From contig DAONEU010000001.1 in assembly GCA_035403245.1 (NCBI GenBank), forward strand, positions 1,394 to 65,393: a stretch of 64,000 nt of DNA. The letters run 5' to 3'. Of this stretch, positions 53,401 through 61,326 are shown in pieces. The stretch comes from Bacteroidales bacterium (GTDB lineage Bacteria > Bacteroidota > Bacteroidia > Bacteroidales > WCHB1-69). The translations under genes and the position numbers were made by a program. Numbering within the stretch: the stretch's first letter is position 1; the number at the start of each line of letters is the position of its first letter. The notes under the pieces were generated by a model that was not told where the DNA came from, searched no databases, and saw only the letters and a program-made list of their open reading frames with translations.

Positions 53401-55118
53401 ATTTGTATGGAACAGTTGATTATATTGGTTCTAGTATTGAGTACACGGATTCTTCCAAACCTTGGTTATGGGGTGTTGAAGATACAGAAGGAAATTTCCC
53501 TTCAAACTGGATCAGAAGTGGAGTTCAGGCTATAGGCCCTTGGAGCGATGATACTGCTCAAGATGGCGACCAAGATGAGTATACTAAATGGAAACAAAAT
53601 GACATGCATATTCCGGTTAATATTAATGATGATGGTAGAGCTACAAGAGCATGGAAAGATCCAATTGGTCAGTTTGAAAATATAGTAGGAAGAACATGGG
53701 CTCCTTACGTTTTATCTTCTCCTTATGATGGAGGTCCTCAAGCAAAATATGTAACTCCTGATGATCCAGATATTGAACCATCTCAACCTTATTTCACATT
53801 CTGGCTATTATCTGCTTCTCCTAACTGTCCTGGTTACAACTTTACAATGACTAATCAATATTCAGTTGACATTGTTTTGACTCCTGATAAATCAAAATGG
53901 ACAAGATGTGTGGTTCTTGAAGCTTGTGATGATAAAACAAATTCTATCGGTAATGCATTACGTCATGAACCTAGAAAATCTCAATCTGTTGATAAAAATG
54001 GTAATCCAGACGGAACAGGAACAGGTATGGGTTGGTTCCCAGGTTATGCAATCAATGTGGAAACAGGTGAACGTTTAAATATTATGTTTACTGAAGATTC
54101 TTCTATGCCAGAAAATAATGGTGATGATATGTTATTCAATCCAAGTAGCGTTTATGCAGTTAATCCAGAAGGCGAAGCTATCAATGAAGCAACTTATAAC
54201 TTTTATAGAGAAGCATTTGCCGCATCCGGTGGAGATCCTCAATATGATGCAAAAATTGTTTGGGGTGGTAAACACTTCATTTATGTCATGAATAGTGTTG
54301 GTAATACAGCATCTTCAATTTTTAAATTTGGCTCTAGAACAAGAAACTGGAATGATGATGGTAACATCGTAAGCAGTAACTCTCAAAATAATGGTGGTTA
54401 CTTCACAGGTTCAGATAATAGTAGCTACGCATGGTATGATTGCGGTGCTTATGACGAAGGAAAATGGGTAAAAGCAAAATTTGATCAATTTGTTGGATTA
54501 AATAATGATGATCCTAGTGCAACAGTTTACAACAGACGTCGTCAGTTGAAAATGCAATTGTTCAATAACGTAATGTGGACAAGTATCCCAATGCCTGCTC
54601 CTTACCAAGAAAACAATTGGTTATCAAATGATGCTAAGGTTAAAATTCGCGTTTCTCGTCCTTATTTAAGATTCTCTTCACGTTGGTTATCTGATCAAAA
54701 TACTGTAGAAACTTTACCAAATAAAGGGTACCCAATGTATTCATTTACAACTAAAAATATTGCTCCTACTACTAAGGAAGTTACAACACATACATCAATC
54801 CTTGATAATATCAATATTGTTCCAAATCCTTATTATGGATTCTCTGCTTATGAATCTACAGCACTTGAAACTTATGTTAAAATTACTAATCTTCCAGAAA
54901 AGTGCGATATTTCAATATTTACAGTAAGTGGAACATTAGTTAAAAGAATTTCTAAAGGGGATGCTGAGTCAACTTTCGTAACTTGGGATCTAAAAAATGA
55001 TGCAGCAATTCCAGTAGCGGGTGGTATTTACATTATCCATATCAATGCACCTAATATTGGTGAAAGAACATTGAAATTCTTCTGTGCTATGCGTCCAACT
55101 GACTTAAATGCATTCTAA
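50493..55118 (+). CDS. 1541-aa secreted protein of unknown function with a non-canonical T9SS-like C-terminal sorting domain
   Basis: Signal peptide 'LLSAPSLFA'. Ca-site-like 'DVNEDGVYDYNDGDYPYYD'. 'GDETLFWIFND' and 'DRRFMQSAGPFTLKAG'. C-terminus 'IVPNPYYGFSAYE...VKITNLPEKCDISIFTVSGTLVKRI...GGIYIIHINAP'. Confidence 0.7.
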   Translation: MNNKNKILVLITLLVLLSAPSLFARKYVGTIQAPVQKESATCLPATNSNQLTINNVRAYVETNGTMWFKEIAQYEVPRGSGKTSMFAAALWIGGRDVSGQLRLAAVRFRQNGDDYWTGPLTIEGASINQQTCSKYDKHFKITRAEVEAHIAAHATNDPTYTTPASITQWPAHGENGQSYYLAPFKDVNEDGVYDYNDGDYPYYDLENELCPWTPENIALAAQDLLPWTPERTWIQSNYGYDNKMIYADHVLKGDETLFWIFNDKGGPHTESQGDPIGLEIRGQAFAFATNDELNNMTFYSYEIINRSTFALTNTFFSQWVDPDLGFAEDDFVGCDVLRGLGYCYNGKEVDGQGLAQHYGAQPPAVGVDFFQGPYIDPDDRDNPRFFRDSIGSTGYCDKFVNSTEITGFPSDQMAINGVNFGDNIIDNERFGMRRFVYHDNNNTPRGDPDVAFEYYNLLQGIWKDGTRMQWGQNAYRTGGVECDFMFPGDSDPCKWGTAGITPAAIAGGDGTWTESNVGNAPYDRRFMQSAGPFTLKAGAVNYITVGIPWARASQGGAWASVELLKIADDKCQALFENCFKVLDGPDAPDLTIRELNQELILYITNDDPLSNNYLEQYEETDTQIPDNIPGTTTPADKKYRFEGYQIFQLKDKDINISDINNTDKARIVAQCDIENIRENGSSIGQLINWEYNDALGTSVPVEKVNGSNTGIFHTLKVTEDAFATGSKTLVNYKTYYFIVIAYAYNEFAPYSINPDITNGLYGQKTVYLAGRKAAGGKSIKPISAIPHPSTSHNEGTVLNSQYGTTPLITRIQGQGNGGNFVDLTDETVSKIMNGGDNNNWSVNNVTYKNNAGPLSISVIDPLKVQPLDYIIKFVEPDSQDVEVSENATWVLEFDETVTDQQIIDLGYKNLDGTAQRAIPSQKSISATNEQLFLPLGIAVSIKNTDYQIHQDEVSEWLEASTAGLNYRNKYLYGTVDYIGSSIEYTDSSKPWLWGVEDTEGNFPSNWIRSGVQAIGPWSDDTAQDGDQDEYTKWKQNDMHIPVNINDDGRATRAWKDPIGQFENIVGRTWAPYVLSSPYDGGPQAKYVTPDDPDIEPSQPYFTFWLLSASPNCPGYNFTMTNQYSVDIVLTPDKSKWTRCVVLEACDDKTNSIGNALRHEPRKSQSVDKNGNPDGTGTGMGWFPGYAINVETGERLNIMFTEDSSMPENNGDDMLFNPSSVYAVNPEGEAINEATYNFYREAFAASGGDPQYDAKIVWGGKHFIYVMNSVGNTASSIFKFGSRTRNWNDDGNIVSSNSQNNGGYFTGSDNSSYAWYDCGAYDEGKWVKAKFDQFVGLNNDDPSATVYNRRRQLKMQLFNNVMWTSIPMPAPYQENNWLSNDAKVKIRVSRPYLRFSSRWLSDQNTVETLPNKGYPMYSFTTKNIAPTTKEVTTHTSILDNINIVPNPYYGFSAYESTALETYVKITNLPEKCDISIFTVSGTLVKRISKGDAESTFVTWDLKNDAAIPVAGGIYIIHINAPNIGERTLKFFCAMRPTDLNAF

Positions 55119-55150
55119 TTATTAATTTGGTAACGTAAAAATTGAAATTT

Positions 55151-56302
55151 ATGAAGAATATAACAAAAACAATAGTAATTTGTATATTAATCGGTATATT
55201 TTCGGCAAACTTCTTCAGTTTTGCCGGAAATAGAGACCGTTCAGGTCAAGCAGGTGCTCAACACTTGTTGATAGACCCATGGGCAAGAACCAATGGTTGG
55301 GGAAGCGCCGGCGTTGCTGAAGTTAGAGGATTAGAATCTATCTATTCTAATGTTGCCGGTATCTCGTTTATTAATAAAACGGAAGCTGCTATGACTAGAA
55401 CTCAATATTTGTCTGGTTCTGGAGCTGGAATATCTATCAATGCTTTTGGTATTGTAACCAATCTTAAAAGTAAAGGAAAAAGTTTAGGAACTCTGGGAAT
55501 ATCTATGTTTAATATGGGATTCGGAGATATTCCTGTTACTACTGTTGATCAACCAGATGGTACGTCTGCAATTTTTTCACCAAGATTAAACTATATTGGG
55601 TTGTACTACGCTTATAGATTTAATCAATATATCCGTGGTGGTGTTGGTATCAAGATTGTTAACGAATCTATTTCAGACTTAGTCTCTACTGGTATAGCAA
55701 TCGATGCGGGTGTTCAATATGTATCAGGTCCATTCGAAAACTTTAAAATTGGTGTAACTCTTAAAAATTTAGGTATGCCAACTAGTTATAGTGGTGATGG
55801 TATCTCTTTTAGAGCTAACCCTGTTAACTCTGATGTTGAACTTACCGTTGAAACTAGATCTGCTGAAGCTGTATTACCTGCTTGTTTAGTCCTTGGTACT
55901 TCTTACGACTTCCTTTTCTTTGGTGAAGAATATGCAAGTATGTCAACTAAAGAAAAATCTGATGAAGGTTTAACACGTATTAATGCAATTCATAGAATTA
56001 CATTAGCTGGTTCTTTTACAGCTAACGCTTATTCTAATGATATTTTTGCTCTTGGAGTTGAATACGGATATCAACAATATGTTATGTTCCGTGCAGGATA
56101 TACTTACGAAAGTGGTCAGTTTGACTTAACTACAAGCAATACATTCTATTCAGGACCATCTGCAGGTGTTACTTTTGGTATTCCTTTAGCAACCGATTCT
56201 AAAACAAAAGAAATTAAATCTATCTTGTTCTTAGATTATGGATATCGTTTTACAAACAGATGGAAAGGTAATCACTATATTGGTCTTAAATTAAGCTTAT
56301 AG
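55151..56302 (+). CDS. PorV/PorQ-like (FadL-like) outer-membrane beta-barrel protein
   Basis: Signal peptide. 'AGAQHLLIDPWARTNGWGSAGVAEVRGLESIYSNVAGISF' follows the PorV/PorQ N-terminal pattern (A-x-FL-x-I-x3-AR-x2-G-x-G-x-A-x-VA...N-P-A-G). Beta-strand periodicity ends 'YIGLKLSL'. First ATG is 55151 (the listed start 55142 is TTG). Confidence 0.58.
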   Translation: MKNITKTIVICILIGIFSANFFSFAGNRDRSGQAGAQHLLIDPWARTNGWGSAGVAEVRGLESIYSNVAGISFINKTEAAMTRTQYLSGSGAGISINAFGIVTNLKSKGKSLGTLGISMFNMGFGDIPVTTVDQPDGTSAIFSPRLNYIGLYYAYRFNQYIRGGVGIKIVNESISDLVSTGIAIDAGVQYVSGPFENFKIGVTLKNLGMPTSYSGDGISFRANPVNSDVELTVETRSAEAVLPACLVLGTSYDFLFFGEEYASMSTKEKSDEGLTRINAIHRITLAGSFTANAYSNDIFALGVEYGYQQYVMFRAGYTYESGQFDLTTSNTFYSGPSAGVTFGIPLATDSKTKEIKSILFLDYGYRFTNRWKGNHYIGLKLSL

Positions 56303-56333
56303 TATTTTTCTTCCTTTTCATAAAATCAAATTA

Positions 56334-56358
56334 AGGAGGCTTTTTTATGAAGCCTCTT
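56334..56358 (+). terminator. hairpin terminator closing the three-gene OM module
   Basis: 9-bp stem AGGAGGCTT / AAGCCTCTT (one G-U) with a 7-nt loop, followed by T-rich sequence. Confidence 0.55.
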
Positions 56359-56393
56359 TAATTTCTTTATAAACCAACAGTTTTTTAAATATC

Positions 56394-56867
56394 ATGAATC
56401 AAATTGTTTATTACTCAACAGAAAGTTTAGAAGCATTAAAAAATGAACTAATTGAATTGGAAACAGTTCAAAGACCCAAAATTTCTGCCGCAATAGCTGA
56501 AGCTAGAGATAAAGGAGATTTATCAGAAAACGCTGAATATGATGCTGCCAAAGAAGCTCAAGGTCTATTAGAACTTAAGATTTCTAAAATGAAACAGATC
56601 CTGTCTAATGCAAGAATTCTAGACGAGTCAAAAATTGATACTTCAAAAATTTTACTTTATTCAAAAGTAAAAATTAAAAATTTGAAAAACAATATGGAAA
56701 TGAGTTATACGCTTGTTCCTGAATCCGAATCTGATTTAAAATCGGGTAAAGTTTCAGTAACTTCTCCCATTTCTAAAGGTCTTTTAGGTAAAGCAAAAGG
56801 CGATGTTGTATCAGTTCAAGCTCCTGCTGGTATTATGGAATTCGAAATTTTAGATGTATCAAGATAA
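56394..56867 (+). CDS. greA: transcription elongation factor GreA
   Basis: 'ARDKGDLSENAEYDAAKEAQ' and the C-terminal 'ISVTSPISKGLLGKAKGDVV'. Confidence 0.92.
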   Translation: MNQIVYYSTESLEALKNELIELETVQRPKISAAIAEARDKGDLSENAEYDAAKEAQGLLELKISKMKQILSNARILDESKIDTSKILLYSKVKIKNLKNNMEMSYTLVPESESDLKSGKVSVTSPISKGLLGKAKGDVVSVQAPAGIMEFEILDVSR

Positions 56868-56870
56868 ATT

Positions 56871-57269
56871 ATGGAAACTATTTTTACAAAAATTATTAAA
56901 GGTGAGATTCCTTGCTACAAAATTGCTGAAAATGATTCATTTTTCGCGTTTTTAGATATCTCTCCATTAGCTAAAGGTCACACTTTAGTTGTTCCTAAGA
57001 TACAAAATGATTATATTTTCGACTTAGATGATGATCTGCTGGCTGAAATGATGGTCTTTTCAAAGAAGATTGCAAAAGCAATAGAAAAAAATGTCTCTTG
57101 TATGAGAATTGGTGTGGCTGTAATTGGATTAGAAGTACCTCATACTCATATTCATCTTGTTCCAATTAACCAAGTTGGAGATCTTGATTTTAAAAAACCA
57201 AGACCAGAAGTTTCAAAAGAAGAAATGGCAGAACTTACCAAAAAAATTGCTTCTTCGATTGAATTTTAA
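56871..57269 (+). CDS. HIT-family nucleotide hydrolase
   Basis: 'IFTKIIKGEIPCYKIAEND' and the histidine triad 'HTHIHLVP'. Confidence 0.87.
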   Translation: METIFTKIIKGEIPCYKIAENDSFFAFLDISPLAKGHTLVVPKIQNDYIFDLDDDLLAEMMVFSKKIAKAIEKNVSCMRIGVAVIGLEVPHTHIHLVPINQVGDLDFKKPRPEVSKEEMAELTKKIASSIEF

Positions 57270-57279
57270 TTCAAAAATT

Positions 57280-57783
57280 ATGAAAACTTTAAACGAATCT
57301 CAAGTTAAAAAACTTGAAATTGATAAACCGGATTTTTCTAAAAAATTATATAACATCATTTACCAAAATGAAGTATATGGTTCTCTTATGGAAATTGACG
57401 AAAGAGGTTCACTAGCTGAAATTACAACACAAAAAGCTACATACTCTGTTAAAAGATTGGGATTTTTTAATCCTTATATCACTATTAGAAAAGGAAAATT
57501 TGAGACTAATGAAGCAATATCTTACCTCAATATTAGAGGGGAAACTGCTATTACTTTGGAAAATGAAACATTCTTTTTTAAAATTCAAAATTTTTGGAAA
57601 AATCAATGGTGTTGGACTAATGAAAAACATCAGGTTATAATCACTTTTAAACCGATCATTTCAGGAACAGTAAAAGGAGATATTGAAATCTCTAAAGAAG
57701 CACTCCATTATAATCAATTGGAATTATTAGCTTTGTTAGGTGTCTATTTTATGATCAAATATCAAAGCGAAATTGAAAACTAA
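57280..57783 (+). CDS. hypothetical protein (167 aa) with a C-terminal hydrophobic segment
   Basis: ORF 57157 trimmed to ATG 57280, because the upstream part overlaps the HIT gene. No recognisable motif. Confidence 0.45.
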   Translation: MKTLNESQVKKLEIDKPDFSKKLYNIIYQNEVYGSLMEIDERGSLAEITTQKATYSVKRLGFFNPYITIRKGKFETNEAISYLNIRGETAITLENETFFFKIQNFWKNQWCWTNEKHQVIITFKPIISGTVKGDIEISKEALHYNQLELLALLGVYFMIKYQSEIEN

Positions 57784-57798
57784 TACAAAATAATATTC

Positions 57799-58647
57799 AT
57801 GAAAAAATCAATTCAAGATTTAGAGTCTATTGCAGCACAGGTTAGAAGAGACATTATAAGAATGGTTCATAATGCTAAATCAGGACATCCGGGTGGATCA
57901 TTAGGTTGTGCAGATATACTAACAGCTCTCTTTTTCGAAATATTAAATATTAATCCAACCCATTTTACAAATGAAGGTAAAAATGAAGATATGTTTTTCC
58001 TTTCTAATGGCCATATTTCACCTGTTTTATATAGTGTTTTAGCCAGAAGAGGTTATTTCCCTATTGAAGAATTAGTCACATTTAGAAAGTTAGGATCAAG
58101 ACTTCAAGGACATCCATCTCCATCTCATCATCTTCCTGGTATTAGAGTGGCTTCAGGTTCACTTGGACAAGGATTGTCCGTTTCCCTTGGCGCTGCATTG
58201 GCTAAAAAAGCAAATAATGATAATTCTATTATTTATGTCTTAACCGGTGATGGCGAATTACAAGAAGGACAAAACTGGGAAGCCTTAATGTTCGCAGCTT
58301 CTCATAAAGTGGATAACATTATTGCCATAGTTGATTATAATAAAAAACAAATTGATGGAGCAACAGACGATGTGTGTTCTTTAGGAGATCTAAATGCCAA
58401 ATTAAGTGCTTTTGGTTGGACTGTGCTGACTTCTAATGGAAATGTTATGCAAGAGGTTGTCCAAACCTTAAATGAAGCTAAAACCCAGTTAAATCGTCAA
58501 AAACCAGTAGTTATTCTAATGACAACTGAGATGGGAAAAGGGGTCGACTTTATGATGGGAACACATAAATGGCACGGAACACCCCCTAATGACGAACAAG
58601 CCAATTCTGCTTTAAATCAATTACCTATTACTTTAGGAGATTTTTAA
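57799..58647 (+). CDS. transketolase, N-terminal (TPP-binding) subunit of a split enzyme
   Basis: 'GHPGGSLGCADILTALFF', 'LSNGHISPVLY' and 'GDGELQEGQNWEA'. 282 aa. Confidence 0.85.
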   Translation: MKKSIQDLESIAAQVRRDIIRMVHNAKSGHPGGSLGCADILTALFFEILNINPTHFTNEGKNEDMFFLSNGHISPVLYSVLARRGYFPIEELVTFRKLGSRLQGHPSPSHHLPGIRVASGSLGQGLSVSLGAALAKKANNDNSIIYVLTGDGELQEGQNWEALMFAASHKVDNIIAIVDYNKKQIDGATDDVCSLGDLNAKLSAFGWTVLTSNGNVMQEVVQTLNEAKTQLNRQKPVVILMTTEMGKGVDFMMGTHKWHGTPPNDEQANSALNQLPITLGDF

Positions 58648-58658
58648 CACCAGAAGTC

Positions 58659-60110
58659 GTGAAAATCATTTATAAATATATCATCAAAAGATTTATTGGA
58701 CCATTCGTCCTGACTTTCTTTTTTGCTATATTTATTCTTTTAATGCAATACTTATGGAAATATGTTGATGACTTAGTAGGAAAAGGACTGGAAATAACTA
58801 TTATCCTTGAACTACTTTTCTATGCATCTGCTACTTTCGTCGCCACAGCAGCACCTTTAGCTATATTACTATCGTCACTCATGACTTTCGGGAATTTAGG
58901 GGAACGATATGAGATTGTGGCCATTAAATCAGCGGGAATTCCAATTAGTAAACTGTTTATTCCATTATTACTCTTATCTTTTATTATAGGATGTGCAACA
59001 TTTTGGTTTGCAAACAATGTTAGTCCTAAAGCTTTTCTGAAAAGCAGAACACTTTTGCTCGATATTAGAGATACAAAACCGGCACTTTCCATTGAAGAAG
59101 GTGTATTCTATGATGGGTTAGATAACTATGTAATCAGAATTGGAAAAAAAGGAAGGGATAATGCTTCCATTGAAGACGTAATTATCTATGACCATTCCAA
59201 AGGTCAAGGAAATACTACTGTAACTTATGCTAAGAAAGGGGAAATGAACATTACAGCAGATAAAAAGTATATGCTTTTTACCCTTTACGATGGATTCTAT
59301 TGGGATGAAAGTCGAAATAGTACCAATAGTGGTACTTCAAAATCAAAATATCCTCTCATAAGAGCCATTTTCAAAAAACAATATAAAAGATTTGATATTT
59401 CATCTTTTCAGTTTCAAAAAACAGATCAAAGTTTTTATCAATCTAATAATCAATCATTACCCATTTCTGAATTAAGTATTAAAATTGATACCTTAAAAAA
59501 ACAGATCAATATGATGGAGGAAGCACCATCGGTCAACTTCTTTTCAAATTTATATTTCTACAATAATATAATCAATATTGACGAAAATTTTAAAGGAACT
59601 TCCCATTTTCCTGTTTACTATACATTTGATAGTTTACCTCTACAAAAGAAAATTGAAGTGATGAACTTTGCCCAAATGGGAGCAGGTGGTTTTATTAACG
59701 CTGTTCGTTTTGCCTATGATGATATACAGTGGAGAAATTATAGCTTATGGTCTTTCCAAATTGAAGTTCATCGTAAGTTTACTTTAGCTGTTGCTTGCCT
59801 ATTGTTTTTCTTTATAGGAGCACCTTTAGGATCAATCATCAGAAAAGGCGGAATTGCTATACCTTTGGTTGTGACAGTACTGTTTTTTATTTTCTATTTT
59901 GTAATATCTATTATTGGAGAAAAAATTGCCAAAGGTGATTTAATCCCAGTTTATATGGGAATGTGGTTTTCAACGGCTGTACTTTTACCAATTTGTGCTT
60001 TTCTTTCGTATAAAGCAACTATAGATTCATCTGTTTTGTCTATTGAAGAGATATCAAAGTGGTTTACAAAATTAAATATTTTTAGATTTTTTAAATCCAA
60101 AAAATCATAA
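58659..60110 (+). CDS. LptF/LptG-family (YjgP/YjgQ) permease
   Basis: GTG start. 'IIYKYIIKRFIGPFVLTFF', an N-terminal TM triplet, a large periplasmic insert and a C-terminal TM triplet. Confidence 0.75.
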   Translation: MKIIYKYIIKRFIGPFVLTFFFAIFILLMQYLWKYVDDLVGKGLEITIILELLFYASATFVATAAPLAILLSSLMTFGNLGERYEIVAIKSAGIPISKLFIPLLLLSFIIGCATFWFANNVSPKAFLKSRTLLLDIRDTKPALSIEEGVFYDGLDNYVIRIGKKGRDNASIEDVIIYDHSKGQGNTTVTYAKKGEMNITADKKYMLFTLYDGFYWDESRNSTNSGTSKSKYPLIRAIFKKQYKRFDISSFQFQKTDQSFYQSNNQSLPISELSIKIDTLKKQINMMEEAPSVNFFSNLYFYNNIINIDENFKGTSHFPVYYTFDSLPLQKKIEVMNFAQMGAGGFINAVRFAYDDIQWRNYSLWSFQIEVHRKFTLAVACLLFFFIGAPLGSIIRKGGIAIPLVVTVLFFIFYFVISIIGEKIAKGDLIPVYMGMWFSTAVLLPICAFLSYKATIDSSVLSIEEISKWFTKLNIFRFFKSKKS

Positions 60111-61315
60111 TGAAAATACTGCAATTATGTCATAAGCCCCCTTTCCCGTTACTTGATGGAGGATGTATTGCAATGAATAATATTGCAGCCGGACTCATGA
60201 AACAAGGACATGAAGTTAAAGTGATTGCCATTTCTACCCCTAAACATCCTGTAAATGACCTTGAGGCGTTTAAATTTTATAGAGAACAAACCCACTTTGA
60301 ATCTGTATTTGTAGATACTACAATTACTTTTATGGGATTGATAAAATCATTTTTTAAAAATGAATCGTATCATATCAGCAGGTTTAATTCAAAACAATTT
60401 CATCAAAAATTAATTGAATTATTAACTCAGAATAGTTTTGATATTGTACAGATAGAATCAATATTTATGACACCCTATATTAACACAATCAGGACCTATT
60501 CAAATGCAAAGATTGTAATTAGATTACATAATATTGAACATCAAATTTGGCAACGTCTGATTCAAAATGAACCCAATTTATTGAAGAGAATTACTCTTAA
60601 ATGGTTGTCGAGTACCTTGAAGAAATATGAGTTGTCCATATTTAAAAAGATCGATGGATTTATGGCTATATCTTCTGTTGATTATCATTTTTTTAATCAA
60701 AAAAATCCAAACATAAAAGGCAAAATTATACCTTTTGGAATTGATGTTGAAGATTATAAAGCAGATGATAACTATATACCTTCAGATATTCCTGAGTTAT
60801 TTCATATTGGAAGTATGAATTGGCCTCCTAATATAGAAGGTATTGAATGGTTTATAGAGGATGTCTGGCCTTTGATACTTGGACAATATCCTTCAATCAC
60901 TTTTACAATCGCAGGTAAAAATATTCCAGATCGATTCTATATTAAAAATAATGAAAATTTTAATGTTATAGGCGAAGTCCCAGATGCTAAACAATTTATG
61001 CTTTCCAAAGATGTAATGATTGTACCTCTCCTTTCTGGAAGTGGAATAAGAATCAAAATCATAGAGGGTATGGCTTTAGGAAAAACTATTATCACCACTT
61101 CAATTGGTGCAGAAGGTTTGGATATTAGTGACGGAGTCAATATTTTTATTGCAAATACCCCACATGAATTTTTGGAAAAGATAACTCAATGCGTTAATTC
61201 TCCAGAAATATGTAAAATCATTGGAGAAAATGCTAAAAACTATGTAGCGCTTCATCATCATAATAACACCATTTCAAATGAAATAATAAGCTTTTACAAT
61301 GCGTTATTAAATTAA
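60110..61315 (+). CDS. GT4-family (group 1) glycosyltransferase
   Basis: 'MKILQLCHKPPFPLLDGG' and the E-x7-E region 'IIEGMALGKTIITTSIGAEG'. 1-nt overlap with the upstream stop. Confidence 0.8.
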   Translation: MKILQLCHKPPFPLLDGGCIAMNNIAAGLMKQGHEVKVIAISTPKHPVNDLEAFKFYREQTHFESVFVDTTITFMGLIKSFFKNESYHISRFNSKQFHQKLIELLTQNSFDIVQIESIFMTPYINTIRTYSNAKIVIRLHNIEHQIWQRLIQNEPNLLKRITLKWLSSTLKKYELSIFKKIDGFMAISSVDYHFFNQKNPNIKGKIIPFGIDVEDYKADDNYIPSDIPELFHIGSMNWPPNIEGIEWFIEDVWPLILGQYPSITFTIAGKNIPDRFYIKNNENFNVIGEVPDAKQFMLSKDVMIVPLLSGSGIRIKIIEGMALGKTIITTSIGAEGLDISDGVNIFIANTPHEFLEKITQCVNSPEICKIIGENAKNYVALHHHNNTISNEIISFYNALLN

Positions 61316-61326
61316 TTTTTGCAAGT

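Noticed and set aside
50493-55118. Identifying the 1541-aa protein as the T9SS sortase PorU, because it precedes a PorV-like gene.
   Set aside because: I cannot find a gingipain/C25-like His...Cys catalytic block (for example 'NYAGHG'/'ATCDF'-type motifs). It is also larger than the PorU proteins I remember. This needs an HMM check, so I left it as unknown function.
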